DNA of 64,000 nucleotides from an uncultured delta proteobacterium (GTDB taxonomy: Bacteria > Desulfobacterota > Desulfobaccia > Desulfobaccales > 0-14-0-80-60-11), in NCBI GenBank assembly GCA_963812015.1, contig CAWETI010000002.1:544001-608000 (forward strand). The letters are read 5' to 3'. Below the pieces are notes generated by a model. That model had not been told where the DNA came from, made no database searches, and saw only the letters and a program-made list of their open reading frames with translations. The first letter of the stretch is position 1. The number at the start of each line of letters is the position of its first letter. Shown here one piece after another: positions 49,108 through 59,286 of the stretch. Position numbers and translations under genes: made by a program.

Positions 49108-50571
49108 ATGGGAAAGAGCTTAACACCGCGCTGGGGACGAAAGGTCAGCTACGTCTTCTGGGGCGCGGCAGGGATAGGTCTGTTGGCTGTCCTGGTGTGG
49201 CTGGCGGTGGGGCACCTGGACTTTGACGACCCCACGGTGGCGCTGAAGACCCCGGTGGAGGTGGTGGGGGCGAAAACCGCCCTGACGGTGGAGGCCGGAG
49301 ACCAGGACAGCGGCTTAAGAGAGGTCAAGGTCAGCTTGTCCCAGGGAGACCAGGGCAAGGTGGTGCTGGAGCGCACCTTTCCTCCGGGAGGGGGCCGGGG
49401 TGAGATCGTGGAGATCCCGGTGACCCTGGAGCCCAAGGCGTTAGGGTTTAAAGAGGGCAAAGCCATCCTCACCGTCGAGGCCCGGGACCGTTCCTGGCGG
49501 AACATGTTTCGGGGGCGCACCGCGAGCCTTACTCGGGAGGTGGTCATCGACCTGGTGCCCGTCACCTTGACCTACCAGGGGGTGAGCCATCTCCTCCATG
49601 CCGGGGGCACCGGGACCATCTGCTACCGCCTCAACAAAGAGGTCAAGGAGTCGGGGATTCTGGTGGGAGACCGGTTTTACCAGGGTTTTCCCAACCCCAA
49701 GGGGACCAAGGGGGATTACGTGGTGTTGTTCCCCGTGCCCCAGGAAGGACCGACGGGGTTCCGGGTGGATCTGGTGGCCCGACCGCCTCTGGGCACTGAA
49801 GTAAAGCAGGTGGTGTCCCTGCATGCCAAGCCGCGGCGGTGGCGCCACGATAGCATCAGCCTCTCGGACGGGTTTCTGCGCAAGGTGGCTTCCAGCTTTC
49901 CGGCGGCCAACCCCAACGACCTCCTGGGGACCTACCTGGAGGTCAACCGGAAGGTAAGGGGCCAGAATCACGAGTTGTTCCGGAAAGTCAGTTCCCAGAG
50001 CAGCCCGCAACCTTTGTGGGCCGGGGCCTTCCAGCGGTTTTTCGGCAAGCCCATGGCCCGCTTCGGGGACCGGCGCACCTACCTGTACCAGGGCAAAGCC
50101 GTGGACCAGCAGACGCACCTGGGCGAGGACCTGGCCTCCCTGATTAACAGCCAGGTGTACGCCGGCAATAACGGGGTGGTGGTCCTGGCTGAGCCCCTGG
50201 GGATTTACGGCCAGACGGTAATCCTGGATCATGGCCTGGGGGTCTTCTCCAGCTACAGCCACCTGAGCCAGATTGACGCCAAAGTGGGAGACAAAGTGGC
50301 CAAGGGCGCGGTCCTGGGCCGCACCGGCACCACGGGCCTGGCGGTGGGCGACCATCTCCATTTCGCCATCAACCTCCAGGGCGAATTTGTTGACCCCCTG
50401 GAATGGTGGGACCCTCACTGGCTCAAGGACCAGGTGGAAAAGGTTTGGGCCCAGGCCGGGGCCCCGGCGGCTGCGGCTGCGAGTCCCGACAAACCCACAT
50501 CGGAGCAGGGCAAGAAAAAGCCCGGCAAGGCAAGAGGCAAGGCCGCCAAAGGCAAAAAGCCGCACAACTAA
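49108..50571 (+). CDS. M23 family metallopeptidase, membrane-anchored
   Basis: HLGED (HxxxD), YSHLS and GDHLHF; N-terminal TM; basic tail. Confidence 0.9.
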   Translation: MGKSLTPRWGRKVSYVFWGAAGIGLLAVLVWLAVGHLDFDDPTVALKTPVEVVGAKTALTVEAGDQDSGLREVKVSLSQGDQGKVVLERTFPPGGGRGEIVEIPVTLEPKALGFKEGKAILTVEARDRSWRNMFRGRTASLTREVVIDLVPVTLTYQGVSHLLHAGGTGTICYRLNKEVKESGILVGDRFYQGFPNPKGTKGDYVVLFPVPQEGPTGFRVDLVARPPLGTEVKQVVSLHAKPRRWRHDSISLSDGFLRKVASSFPAANPNDLLGTYLEVNRKVRGQNHELFRKVSSQSSPQPLWAGAFQRFFGKPMARFGDRRTYLYQGKAVDQQTHLGEDLASLINSQVYAGNNGVVVLAEPLGIYGQTVILDHGLGVFSSYSHLSQIDAKVGDKVAKGAVLGRTGTTGLAVGDHLHFAINLQGEFVDPLEWWDPHWLKDQVEKVWAQAGAPAAAAASPDKPTSEQGKKKPGKARGKAAKGKKPHN

Positions 50572-50853
50572 GGACCTGACTCAATCAGGGCCCCAGGACC
50601 GCGGGGGAGACGCACGGAGCATCCCGGGAGTCCTGGGGCCTTGCCGGTTATCTGGCCAGAAGGCCCCGTTGGGACTCCAAACGCCATGAAAAGGTGGTAA
50701 GCGGATCAGGATGGCCGCTCTGGGTGGGCAAGGCGCACCCGGAGAAAACTCCCCTGGCTGCAATCATGTTGACCGGGCCGTGATGGAACACGGCCCTCGG
50801 TGCGTCAGGGGCATTGCGCCCCTGCCGGCGTAACGATCTGCGAGAAGCTCGTC

Positions 50854-51462
50854 ATGATTATCAAGATCAATCCCGATAACCCCCAGGAGCGCCTGCTGCA
50901 CAAGGCCGTGGAAGTGCTCACCGGGGGCGGTCTCATCGCCTATCCCACCGACACCTGCTACGCCATCGGCTGCGACCTGTATAACCTCAAGGGTATCAGC
51001 CGGATATACCACCTCAAGCGCCAGCCCTTGAGCAAACCCTTCAGCATCATCTGCCAGGATTTAAAGAACATCAGCGAATACGCCCGGGTGGGCAATTACG
51101 CCTACAAAGCCATGAAGCGCCTCTTACCCGGCCCCTACACCTTCGTGCTACAGGCCTCCCGGCAGGTGCCCAAGATCCTCCAGACCAAGCGGCGCACCGT
51201 GGGCATCCGGGTCCCGGACCACCCCATCGCCCTGGGGTTGGTGGGTCTGTTAGGGCACCCCATCATCACCACCACCGCGGCCCTGCCGGATTCCCCGGTG
51301 GAGAGCGACCCCTACGAGATCGAGGACAAGTTCAAGCCGCACCTGGGCCTGGTCATCGATGGCGGCATCATCTTGCCGGAGCCGTCCAGCATCATTGCGA
51401 TGATCGACGACGTGCCCGAGGTCATCCGGGTGGGGAAGGGGGACGTGAGCGGGTTTGCGTGA
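50854..51462 (+). CDS. Sua5/YciO/YrdC family protein
   Basis: AYPTDTCY, LLPGPYTF and VGIRVPD motifs. Confidence 0.92.
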   Translation: MIIKINPDNPQERLLHKAVEVLTGGGLIAYPTDTCYAIGCDLYNLKGISRIYHLKRQPLSKPFSIICQDLKNISEYARVGNYAYKAMKRLLPGPYTFVLQASRQVPKILQTKRRTVGIRVPDHPIALGLVGLLGHPIITTTAALPDSPVESDPYEIEDKFKPHLGLVIDGGIILPEPSSIIAMIDDVPEVIRVGKGDVSGFA

Positions 51463-51680
51463 AACGAGAGGGGTCAAAGGGAGAAGAGATGATGACTCCC
51501 ATTTCCCCTTATTTCCGGTAAATTCCTGCCGTCTCAAAATGTCCAGAAAATTCATCCTCGGCCCCCTGCGGCCAAGTTTTCCCCTTCGCCAGGTATGCTC
51601 TCATGGGTCTGCCCCAGGCAGGTCCCTGAGACAACTTGGCTATGCGGTTAAAAATTTTTCATGAAATCTCTCCGCCAAGT

Positions 51681-52733
51681 TTACTGGTCCTCCATCCACT
51701 TCCGCACCTGTTGGGCGCTTTCCGCATCTAACTCTTCCAACTGGCTCACCTGCCACTGATGGAGGATGAGTTCGAGGTCAATCCCCTTATCCAGGCAACC
51801 CAAACGAATCGCCTCCAGGTCCTCCGGGGTGGCGCCCCGGGGCAGGAGACTGGCAGGCGAAGAGGGAGTCACGGGGGCCTCGGCCTTGGGGGCCCGGCCC
51901 CTTTTACCTTTGTTTTCTTCTTTGGGGGTTGCTGCTTTGGGCCGCTCTTCCTTGGCCTCAGTGGCAGGGAATAACTGCTCCGCCGTGGCCTGGCCGTCTT
52001 TAAGTTGGGAAGCCATACCCCGCAAGCTGGCGATGTCCTCCGAGGCCCATTCATTTTTTGGTTTTCCTAAAACCGCCATCACGCGCGCTTCGCTGATACC
52101 GTAACCTGCCAGGAATTTCAGGGCCTTGTCCGTGGCCACGGCCAACCCTTCTTTGCTGATCCCCTGTAACACCGCTTCTTTGGCCCGTTCTTTAGCCTGG
52201 TCCGTGAGCCAGCGGGGGACCCCCGCCAAAACCACATTGCGGATGGCCCGGCTCTGAGCCGCCTGGAAGGTCATGTCCTCGGCCCGGTCGTCCTCCAGTT
52301 TCTTGAACACGCCCTTGCCTTTCTTTTTGCGAAAGACCCGGGAGACCGTAAAACCCCGCTCCAGATCCACGAAATGGGCATTGAACACCCATTCAGTCAG
52401 GGTCTCGTAGTATTCCACCGGCACCGCACAGTTGCTCCATTCCCGGGCCACGGCCATGGCCAAGCCGATGCTGGGGCCCTCAATTTTCTTGCCCCCCATG
52501 GGAAAGGAATAGTAGAAGGCATCCCCGGCGAATTCGGCTTCTCGCAGAACCGCGGCCACAACCTTATCCAGATTGCGGGGCCGCTGGACCGCCACCGCGG
52601 TGTGAAACTGGGTTTGGGAGCGCATCAGGGGGACAGGGGGATTGACGGTACCGGTCGGATAGGTTCCCGGTTCCCCGGTAAAAGGCTCCACCCCCGCAAA
52701 GGGGGGCGGGGCTATGTTTTGATTAGCTTCCAT
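51681..52733 (-). CDS. Phage-type hypothetical protein, candidate single-strand annealing protein
   Basis: AAGGAG RBS before MEANQN, 5 nt after the nuclease stop. Conserved-looking core PRN...YSFPMGGKKIEGPSIGLA...W.N...SRAIRNVVLAGVP; low-complexity linker; small C-terminal helical domain. Confidence 0.7.
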   Translation of the reverse strand: MEANQNIAPPPFAGVEPFTGEPGTYPTGTVNPPVPLMRSQTQFHTAVAVQRPRNLDKVVAAVLREAEFAGDAFYYSFPMGGKKIEGPSIGLAMAVAREWSNCAVPVEYYETLTEWVFNAHFVDLERGFTVSRVFRKKKGKGVFKKLEDDRAEDMTFQAAQSRAIRNVVLAGVPRWLTDQAKERAKEAVLQGISKEGLAVATDKALKFLAGYGISEARVMAVLGKPKNEWASEDIASLRGMASQLKDGQATAEQLFPATEAKEERPKAATPKEENKGKRGRAPKAEAPVTPSSPASLLPRGATPEDLEAIRLGCLDKGIDLELILHQWQVSQLEELDAESAQQVRKWMEDQ

Positions 52734-52738
52734 GGGTC

Positions 52739-53521
52739 TTATCTCCTTTTGATGGAGTATTTGCAGGTCCAAAAGTAACCGCACCATTGGGGGCTGCAGA
52801 TCCAGGCGCTGGGGTCGCAAGGGGGAAACAGCCCCGTGTGGATCTGGTTCAGCATCAAGTGGATTCTCAGTAAGAGGTTGGTCCAATCCTCCGGCCCCCG
52901 CCGGGTGGGTAGGCTTTGCAATTTTGGTTCTTTGTTGTTCACCAAGATTTCCAGGCTCACCTTTTCCGGCCACTTCCCCGTCTGGTGGGCCACTAGGCCG
53001 GCATAAAAGGTGAGCTGGAGGGAGTGGTCCGCCTCCTTGGGCCCCTTGCTCTTGTCGGAAGTCTTGAGGTCCGGGAGCCAGTGGTCGGCCGTGAGGACAT
53101 CAATGGTGCCCCGGAGGGGCAAGTCTAAGCCGGCATCCAGAGTCATCTTCTCTTCCACCAGGAGGGGGTGGATGGCCGGGGCCAAGGAGACTCGGTAGAG
53201 TTTGGTGAGTCGGATGGCCGCGTCCAGGCCCTTGGCCAGGAGGGTGTCTTTCTCGGCTATCTGGTCTTTGGGAATGAAAACCCCTTCATCGGTGATCAGT
53301 CTGACGTAATGATCCCGGGCGGCGTCCTGGAGGTCTCCCACGGGCAGATCTTCTTGGGAGTGCAGTTTTTGTTCATGATTGATTTGGGCGGCTTTGTGGG
53401 TGGCCGAACCGCGCCGGGCGGCAATCCCGGGAGGGATGATTTCGCCCCGGAGGTAGCGGCGCTCGAACTGGTGGGGACACCGTAAGAACATCCCCAGCAT
53501 CGATTGGGTTATCGTTTCCAT
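52739..53521 (-). CDS. PD-(D/E)XK RecB/AddB/Cas4-like exonuclease with putative 4Fe-4S cysteines
   Basis: SML..F.RCP, GSATH, VEEK, GTIDV, DLKTS and QLTFY motifs; C-terminal C..CSPQWCGYFWTC. Confidence 0.88.
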   Translation of the reverse strand: METITQSMLGMFLRCPHQFERRYLRGEIIPPGIAARRGSATHKAAQINHEQKLHSQEDLPVGDLQDAARDHYVRLITDEGVFIPKDQIAEKDTLLAKGLDAAIRLTKLYRVSLAPAIHPLLVEEKMTLDAGLDLPLRGTIDVLTADHWLPDLKTSDKSKGPKEADHSLQLTFYAGLVAHQTGKWPEKVSLEILVNNKEPKLQSLPTRRGPEDWTNLLLRIHLMLNQIHTGLFPPCDPSAWICSPQWCGYFWTCKYSIKRR

Positions 53522-53769
53522 ATCATTTGGACTCGCTATGATTTATCAAACTCAAACGCACATGCTTACTGAGTCAGTACTATGCCCGGGATAAACTCGT
53601 GTCTCATTAAAGAGGGTTTCTTGGCGCGCCCAGGTCATATACCCTCTTTCAGCACCTTTCCGTCCGAGATCTCCGTTTGACTTACCAACTGTTTCGCGGT
53701 AACTTGTAACTGCCTCGTACAGTTAATAGATCACTATAATATACTTTTGTCAAGCATAAATTCATTAAA

Positions 53770-54231
53770 GTGAACTTTAAGGGATTGCTTTTGGAAACTC
53801 TCGGCGAGCGCATAAAATATCTACAGAAAAATAGTGGCATGAATCAGGTTGATTTTGCTCAATCATTGGGTGTTTCTAAAGGATCTCTTATCCTATATCA
53901 AAAAAATGATCGCAGCCCTGGCGGTTCATTTTTGAAAACTTTATGTGAGATTTATAGAGTTAATCCTGCTTGGCTCTTGCTTGGGGAGGGTGAACCGTTT
54001 ATCAGGGAGAGGATTCCAGAAGAGGAATCTTCTAAACAGAGCAAAGTTGCAACCATCGACCCGGTGGTGCAACTCCTCGATGAGGAGCAGGAGAGAGCCG
54101 ATATCACCCTCACGCCGGAGCAGCGCACCGCCATCCTTAAAATTCTCCGGGAGTTGGTTGATCGGGATGTCCGCTCCATTCGAGAATTATTGCGTTCTAT
54201 CCCAGGAGGGAAGAAAACAGGGGATGAATAG
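53770..54231 (+). CDS. XRE-family HTH transcriptional regulator
   Basis: LGERIKYL...MNQVDFAQSLGVSKGSL...VNPAWLLLGEG; divergent from the nuclease operon. Confidence 0.88.
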   Translation: MNFKGLLLETLGERIKYLQKNSGMNQVDFAQSLGVSKGSLILYQKNDRSPGGSFLKTLCEIYRVNPAWLLLGEGEPFIRERIPEEESSKQSKVATIDPVVQLLDEEQERADITLTPEQRTAILKILRELVDRDVRSIRELLRSIPGGKKTGDE

Positions 54232-54997
54232 TGATAGTCAGGATTGCAAAAGGTTGACGGCCTTCTACTTTGCCGGCTTTTTGCAGCCGCCAGGTCATCC
54301 AGGAAATTTTTTTAACTTACCCCAGTTACCCCCTGCCTTTCTGTTGGCGAAATTCCTTCCCAGATTTCCTCTGTCCCGGTTTATTTAGTGATTTCCGAAA
54401 AAATATTTCAGCTCATTGATATTATTACATTAATTGATTTAGCCCCAAAAGAAAAGTCTATTATTAGGCACTCCCAAACAATGTGTCCTTCGTTAATGGA
54501 TGATTTTGGGTGAATTATCCATGATAGTGTATTGAATCATACATTGCTTTACATATAATTCGGCGAGATTTTTCAACAATGTGCCGGTGTGAATGGAAAA
54601 GCAATATGGTACCAGTAACGGCCATTCAAAATGGACCCACCCTTGTTGATTGGAACACCGATAGGACAAGCCAGCCGCAGGCCGGGGCAAGCGAGCCCAG
54701 AGCGATAGGCCTGTGGTTTTTAGATCGTATCTTGATAATGAAACTGGGAGGGTGCGGTCACCATCAAGGGAAGGATCTTTTCCCTCGAAAGTAAAAAATA
54801 TTTGATTATTTACAAAATATTCCATAAATGATTGATTGAGGAAGGAATTTTTCGATAACCGAGTTCAATCATCAAAGTAGAAACACTGCTGCATAATCTC
54901 GGTTCATAAAGGATTGCGATTTAAGGGTCTTGCACATTTTTGAATAGTATTCTTCGCCAATAAGTTGCCAACTTAGAATAAAAAGAGAGAAACGCAT

Positions 54998-56005
54998 ATG
55001 TCTGGTCATGGAGCCATCTGCCCCAAGTGCAAACAAGGGAGGTTATCCCGCTGGCGCCGAAAATCTTGGATGCGTCTCATACCCTGTAGCAAGCACTTTG
55101 CATGCGGCAAATGTGCCGCCAGATTTCTAAGCATATTTGGCGGGATTATGAAATTGCCCCTAACTCGTTTAAACGAAGCCCAGAGTGTTTCGCAAGCCAA
55201 TTTAATCTCTTCAATCCAATCGCCTAAGAAGGAGAGGGCGCGTCGGTTTGGAAAATTTTGCAAATCCTTAACTCTCGTGATAGCAGGTTTGGTCATTCTT
55301 GCCCTGAGTTGCTTTATTAGTTATCAGGGTTTGGGGGGAAAGGCGGTGCAACGAATTTCTCTCAGATTTCTACAACTTCTGCCCATAGGGTCAAATCCCC
55401 AGGATGGACTGGTAATGTCGGGACCCAAGAATTTCCCGGAGGGAGAATTGTTTCCGGATAGAGCGAACCTCCCAAAACCCGAAGAACATAAAGAAGCACC
55501 TTCCGTTCTGCCGGATGGCGGGAAATCCCCTCCCGCCAATATCCCCTTTGGAGTGGCGCCTTCGCCTGAACAAGAGTCGTTGGCAAGCGCTACCCGGTCG
55601 TTCCAAATAGAGATAAAGAGGGGAGAGAGTCTGGCCAGGATAATAGCGCAACATTATCCAGAAAACGAACAGATTAGTTTAGTGGCGATCATTTTAGCAA
55701 ACCCCGAAATTTATAAAGATGATTTTATTTATTCTGGACAAGTTTTAAAGTTGCCCAAGTTAGATTCCACAGACAAGACAATCCAGTTAGAGGACAATCT
55801 TTTTTATATCCTTTATGGTCGCTACTATTCTGATACAGATTTAAAAAGAGACACGCTTTGGTTAAACAAAAAGAAAGTACGATTTTTGGTAAGGACCACT
55901 AAAGATTCGAAAAGTAGGAATGTTAACAGGGTTATATTGGGCGGTTATGCGACAAAAGAGGATTTGGAAAAAGCTCTACAGAGCATAAAAACAAAATATA
56001 AATAA
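54998..56005 (+). CDS. Membrane protein: N-terminal Zn ribbon, TM, LysM-like and SPOR-like domains
   Basis: CPKC...CGKC; TM near aa 90-110; IKRGESLARII...ANPEI...IYSGQVLKLP; RVILGGYATKE. Confidence 0.7.
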   Translation: MSGHGAICPKCKQGRLSRWRRKSWMRLIPCSKHFACGKCAARFLSIFGGIMKLPLTRLNEAQSVSQANLISSIQSPKKERARRFGKFCKSLTLVIAGLVILALSCFISYQGLGGKAVQRISLRFLQLLPIGSNPQDGLVMSGPKNFPEGELFPDRANLPKPEEHKEAPSVLPDGGKSPPANIPFGVAPSPEQESLASATRSFQIEIKRGESLARIIAQHYPENEQISLVAIILANPEIYKDDFIYSGQVLKLPKLDSTDKTIQLEDNLFYILYGRYYSDTDLKRDTLWLNKKKVRFLVRTTKDSKSRNVNRVILGGYATKEDLEKALQSIKTKYK

Positions 56006-56232
56006 AATATTACGCTTTTTGCTTTTGCTCCTGTCATGTTCTTACGGAAGCAATAATAGCTGGCGGATCAAAGGTTTTAAAGATAATTGGTAATCTGTAA
56101 ATTTCTGTTGAAAAATTGATGGAAAAATTTTTAGGGAGTGGAGTGGAAGGGAACGTTAGCAGAAAAGCGTCGGAATCTGGAGCGCCTCCTGAATGAAGGA
56201 GGGAAAGTTTCTTCTGTCCCAAGGGGATAAAT

Positions 56233-57426
56233 TTAGCCTTGTTTCACCTCTAAGTGGTGATTTAAGATTGCCATAATTTTTTCCGCAGCCCGCCCGTCGC
56301 CATAAGGGTTTTTCGCCTGAGCCATGGCTTGGTAGCAATCAGGATTATTCAAAAGTTCTTGTGCCGCCCGAAATATTTTTTCCCTGCTGGCGCCCACCAA
56401 TTTAACTGTCCCGGCCCATACCCCTTCGGGCCTTTCCGTAACATCCCTCATTACCAAAACCGGCTTCCCCAGACCTGGGGCCTCTTCCTGGATGCCACCG
56501 GAGTCGGTCAAAACCAGATAGCTCTGAGTCATGAGAAAGAGGAAGGGGGCATAATCTAACGGAGGAAGAAGGGACAGACGACCTCCGCCGCCAGCCAGGA
56601 GCGAAGCTGGAGCCCCCTGCCGCTTAATGGGTCTGGAACCCCGGGAAAGGATATCGTAAACCGGTTGCTGCACATTGGGGTTGAGGTGAACCGGGTAAAT
56701 TAAATGCACATCGGGGCAGTGCTCCACTATGTCGCGCAAGGCCAGACAGATGTTTTCAAATCCCGGGCCAAAGTTTTCCCGGCGATGGCCGGTCACCAGA
56801 ATGATTCGCCGATCATCGAAGGATATTCCATGGTGATTAAAGAAATATTGTTCCCATAAATCTTTTTCTTTTGCGACTTGGGAGGCCACTATTTGTAGCG
56901 CGTCAATCACTGTGTTGCCGGTAACCCAAATGTTTTCGGCTGGCACGCCTTCGGCCAGCAAATTGTCCCTCGCCCAGGGGGTGGGGGCGAAGTGATAATC
57001 GGCCAAGACACTGGTCAGGCACCGGTTCATTTCCTCGGGATAGGGCCGGTATTTGTCCCGGGTACGGAGCCCCGCCTCCACATGACCCACCGGAATGCGA
57101 AAATAATAAGCCGCCAGCGCGGCGGCCAAGGTGGTGGTGGTGTCCCCGTGCACCAGTACCAGATCCGGCCTCTCCTGCACCAGCACCTCCTTAAGCCCTT
57201 CAAGAACCCGGATGGTGATGTCAAAAAGGTCCTGATCCGGCCTCATCAAATTAAGATCATAATCCGGAACAATCCCAAAGAGACCCAGCACCTGGTCCAG
57301 CATCTGGCGGTGCTGGGCGGTGACTGCAACCTTGACCTGAAACCTTTCCTCTTCCTTTAGCCGTAAAACCACCGGGGCCATCTTGATAGCTTCCGGGCGG
57401 GTGCCGAAAATGGTCAAAATTTTCAT
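56233..57426 (-). CDS. wecB: UDP-GlcNAc 2-epimerase (non-hydrolysing)
   Basis: GTRPEAIKM, HGDT, HVEAGLR, HRREN, TDSGGIQEE and NPYGDG motifs. Confidence 0.96.
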   Translation of the reverse strand: MKILTIFGTRPEAIKMAPVVLRLKEEERFQVKVAVTAQHRQMLDQVLGLFGIVPDYDLNLMRPDQDLFDITIRVLEGLKEVLVQERPDLVLVHGDTTTTLAAALAAYYFRIPVGHVEAGLRTRDKYRPYPEEMNRCLTSVLADYHFAPTPWARDNLLAEGVPAENIWVTGNTVIDALQIVASQVAKEKDLWEQYFFNHHGISFDDRRIILVTGHRRENFGPGFENICLALRDIVEHCPDVHLIYPVHLNPNVQQPVYDILSRGSRPIKRQGAPASLLAGGGGRLSLLPPLDYAPFLFLMTQSYLVLTDSGGIQEEAPGLGKPVLVMRDVTERPEGVWAGTVKLVGASREKIFRAAQELLNNPDCYQAMAQAKNPYGDGRAAEKIMAILNHHLEVKQG

Positions 57427-57427
57427 T

Positions 57428-58213
57428 TTATAAACTTGAAGGCAAGGCTACAATTTCATCTGGGAGTTTATGATCATAATTCCTGATCAAGCAACCATCA
57501 AAATTATCAATTTTGTAATTATACTTTCTGATAAAATCACTATATTCTCTGGCAACTTCTGGCCCATATAAAGATAAAAACAATATAACGTTCTCATTTT
57601 TTATTATATTTTCTATCCCTGAAGGGGCATGATATTCCACCCCCTCAATATCAATTTTAATTAAATCAGGCGGAATATTATTTTCATGGTAAACATATTT
57701 ATCTATCATAACAGTATCTACTATTGTCCTCCTTAAATTATCGCTTTGATTTATCCGTATTATACTTCCAGTATAATTTGATGCATGATGAGAATAAAAG
57801 ATAAACTAACCATTAGAAGCACTTATAATATATTGTTCAATTAGTGCATTTTCTAATTTATTTAAGCAGCTATACTTTTTTAAAAAAAGAAAATTATCAG
57901 GGAAAGGCTCAAAAGCGTAAACCATCCCATCTGGGCCAACTGCTCTTGAAAATAATAAGGTATAGAAGCCCACATGAGCACCGACATCATAAACAACCAT
58001 GCCTGGCTTTAGGCATTTTACTATTTGCTTTTATTTTTTTAATTCATAAGATCCCGACCAGCAACCGTAATCTGAAGAGCCAACTACCCATTTCATCGTT
58101 TTAGATGGCCATTGAAGTATAGGAAAGACAAACCCCTTAGGAGTCAGCTTTAGAATTTTCCTTAAGATTTTTCCGATCCTTGAATTGGCATTTAATCCCG
58201 ATAAATTTATCAG
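57428..58213 (-). pseudogene. Fragmented FkbM family methyltransferase
   Basis: Pieces in different frames: KWVVGSSDYGCWSGSYE, MVVYDVGAHVGFYT..AFEP, and PDLIKIDIEG. Very AT-rich; 5' end approximate. Confidence 0.8.
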
Positions 58214-58215
58214 TT

Positions 58216-59268
58216 TTACCTGTCATTTTTAACAACTGTTCTAACTGCAGAAGATATTCCTGGTCCAAACCTAGCTGCGGTCTGAATTCTGTCCCAATTT
58301 TCCCGGAACCAGGCTGTGGTGTTCTTTAACCCTGCTTCTAAAGACGTATGAGGTTCATAGCCAATAAGTTGCCGGGCCCGGTCCACCGAGGCCAGTAGGC
58401 GCGACTTCGTATCCCATTTGCGCCGCTCGGCGTAAAGGATGCCGGCTTTATTCCCCACCTGAGCATTAATCATCTGGGCCAGGTCGATGATGCGGGTCTC
58501 TTTTCCCGAGGCTAAATTAAACTCCTGTCCCACCGCGGCCTCAAAATAGCCGGCCCGCAGCAGCCCATCCACGATATCTCCCACATAAGTGAAATCCCGG
58601 GTTTCCTCGCCGCTGCCCGTGATGGGGAGGGGCTCGGTCCTCATAGCCCAATAGATGAAGTTGGGGATGACATTACGGTACTGGCCAGGCAATTCTCCCG
58701 GCCCATAGGAATTGAAAAACCGGGCCTTGACGACCGGCAAGTCGTAGTGGTGCTGGAAAAAGTTGCAATAAAGCTCCCCCAGCATCTTGGTGATTTGATA
58801 AGGGGAGCTGAGATGCAGAGACATAAATTCTTCGGTGAGGGGTAGGGGGGCGTTGCTGCCGTAGATGGAGCAACCCGAGGAGGCATAGACAAAACGCTGC
58901 ACCCCAGCCAGGCGGGAATATTGGGCGAGTTTCAGGGTACCCAGGCCGTTCACCAAGAGATCGGTTTCGGGGTGATCAATGGAGTTCTGGTTGGCGAACA
59001 AGGCGGCCAGGTGGAAAACGACCTCCGGCCCCTCAAAAAAGACCCGTTTCAGCTCAACTTCGTCGAGGATGCTGCCTTCCACAAACAAAACATTGGCAAG
59101 GCTCGGCACATTCCAGCGCACCGCCGAAGACAGGTCATCAAGGACGATAACCAGCTTGACCCCCAGTTCGCCTAAGGCCCTAATCAAATTACTCCCGATA
59201 GCCCCGGCCCCGCCGCTCACCAGGACAGTTTTGCCTCTATAAAAATCCAGGTATTTCCCAGTCTCCAT
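58216..59268 (-). CDS. NAD-dependent nucleotide-sugar epimerase/dehydratase
   Basis: SGGAGAIG, FHLAA, YQITK (YxxxK), FNSYGPG and RDFTYV motifs. Confidence 0.92.
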   Translation of the reverse strand: METGKYLDFYRGKTVLVSGGAGAIGSNLIRALGELGVKLVIVLDDLSSAVRWNVPSLANVLFVEGSILDEVELKRVFFEGPEVVFHLAALFANQNSIDHPETDLLVNGLGTLKLAQYSRLAGVQRFVYASSGCSIYGSNAPLPLTEEFMSLHLSSPYQITKMLGELYCNFFQHHYDLPVVKARFFNSYGPGELPGQYRNVIPNFIYWAMRTEPLPITGSGEETRDFTYVGDIVDGLLRAGYFEAAVGQEFNLASGKETRIIDLAQMINAQVGNKAGILYAERRKWDTKSRLLASVDRARQLIGYEPHTSLEAGLKNTTAWFRENWDRIQTAARFGPGISSAVRTVVKNDR

Positions 59269-59286
59269 AAAGCCTCCCAGATTGTT

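Noticed and set aside
51463..51680. att site or frameshifted mini-gene marking the left end of the phage-like module
   Set aside because: I found no tRNA, integrase or matching direct repeat; the ATG at about 51662 hits a stop after four codons.
52734..52973. 430-aa version of the candidate annealase
   Set aside because: The extra 80 codons overlap the nuclease gene; a strong RBS precedes the ATG at 52733.
52739..53521. Cas4-like nuclease as evidence of CRISPR-Cas
   Set aside because: No cas1/cas2 and no regularly spaced repeat-spacer array anywhere in the window; the context is phage-type recombination.
54232..54990. Short ORFs in the AT-rich gap (54493-54825, 54579-54794, 54225-54388)
   Set aside because: No recognisable motifs or convincing support; they may be remnants but cannot be called.
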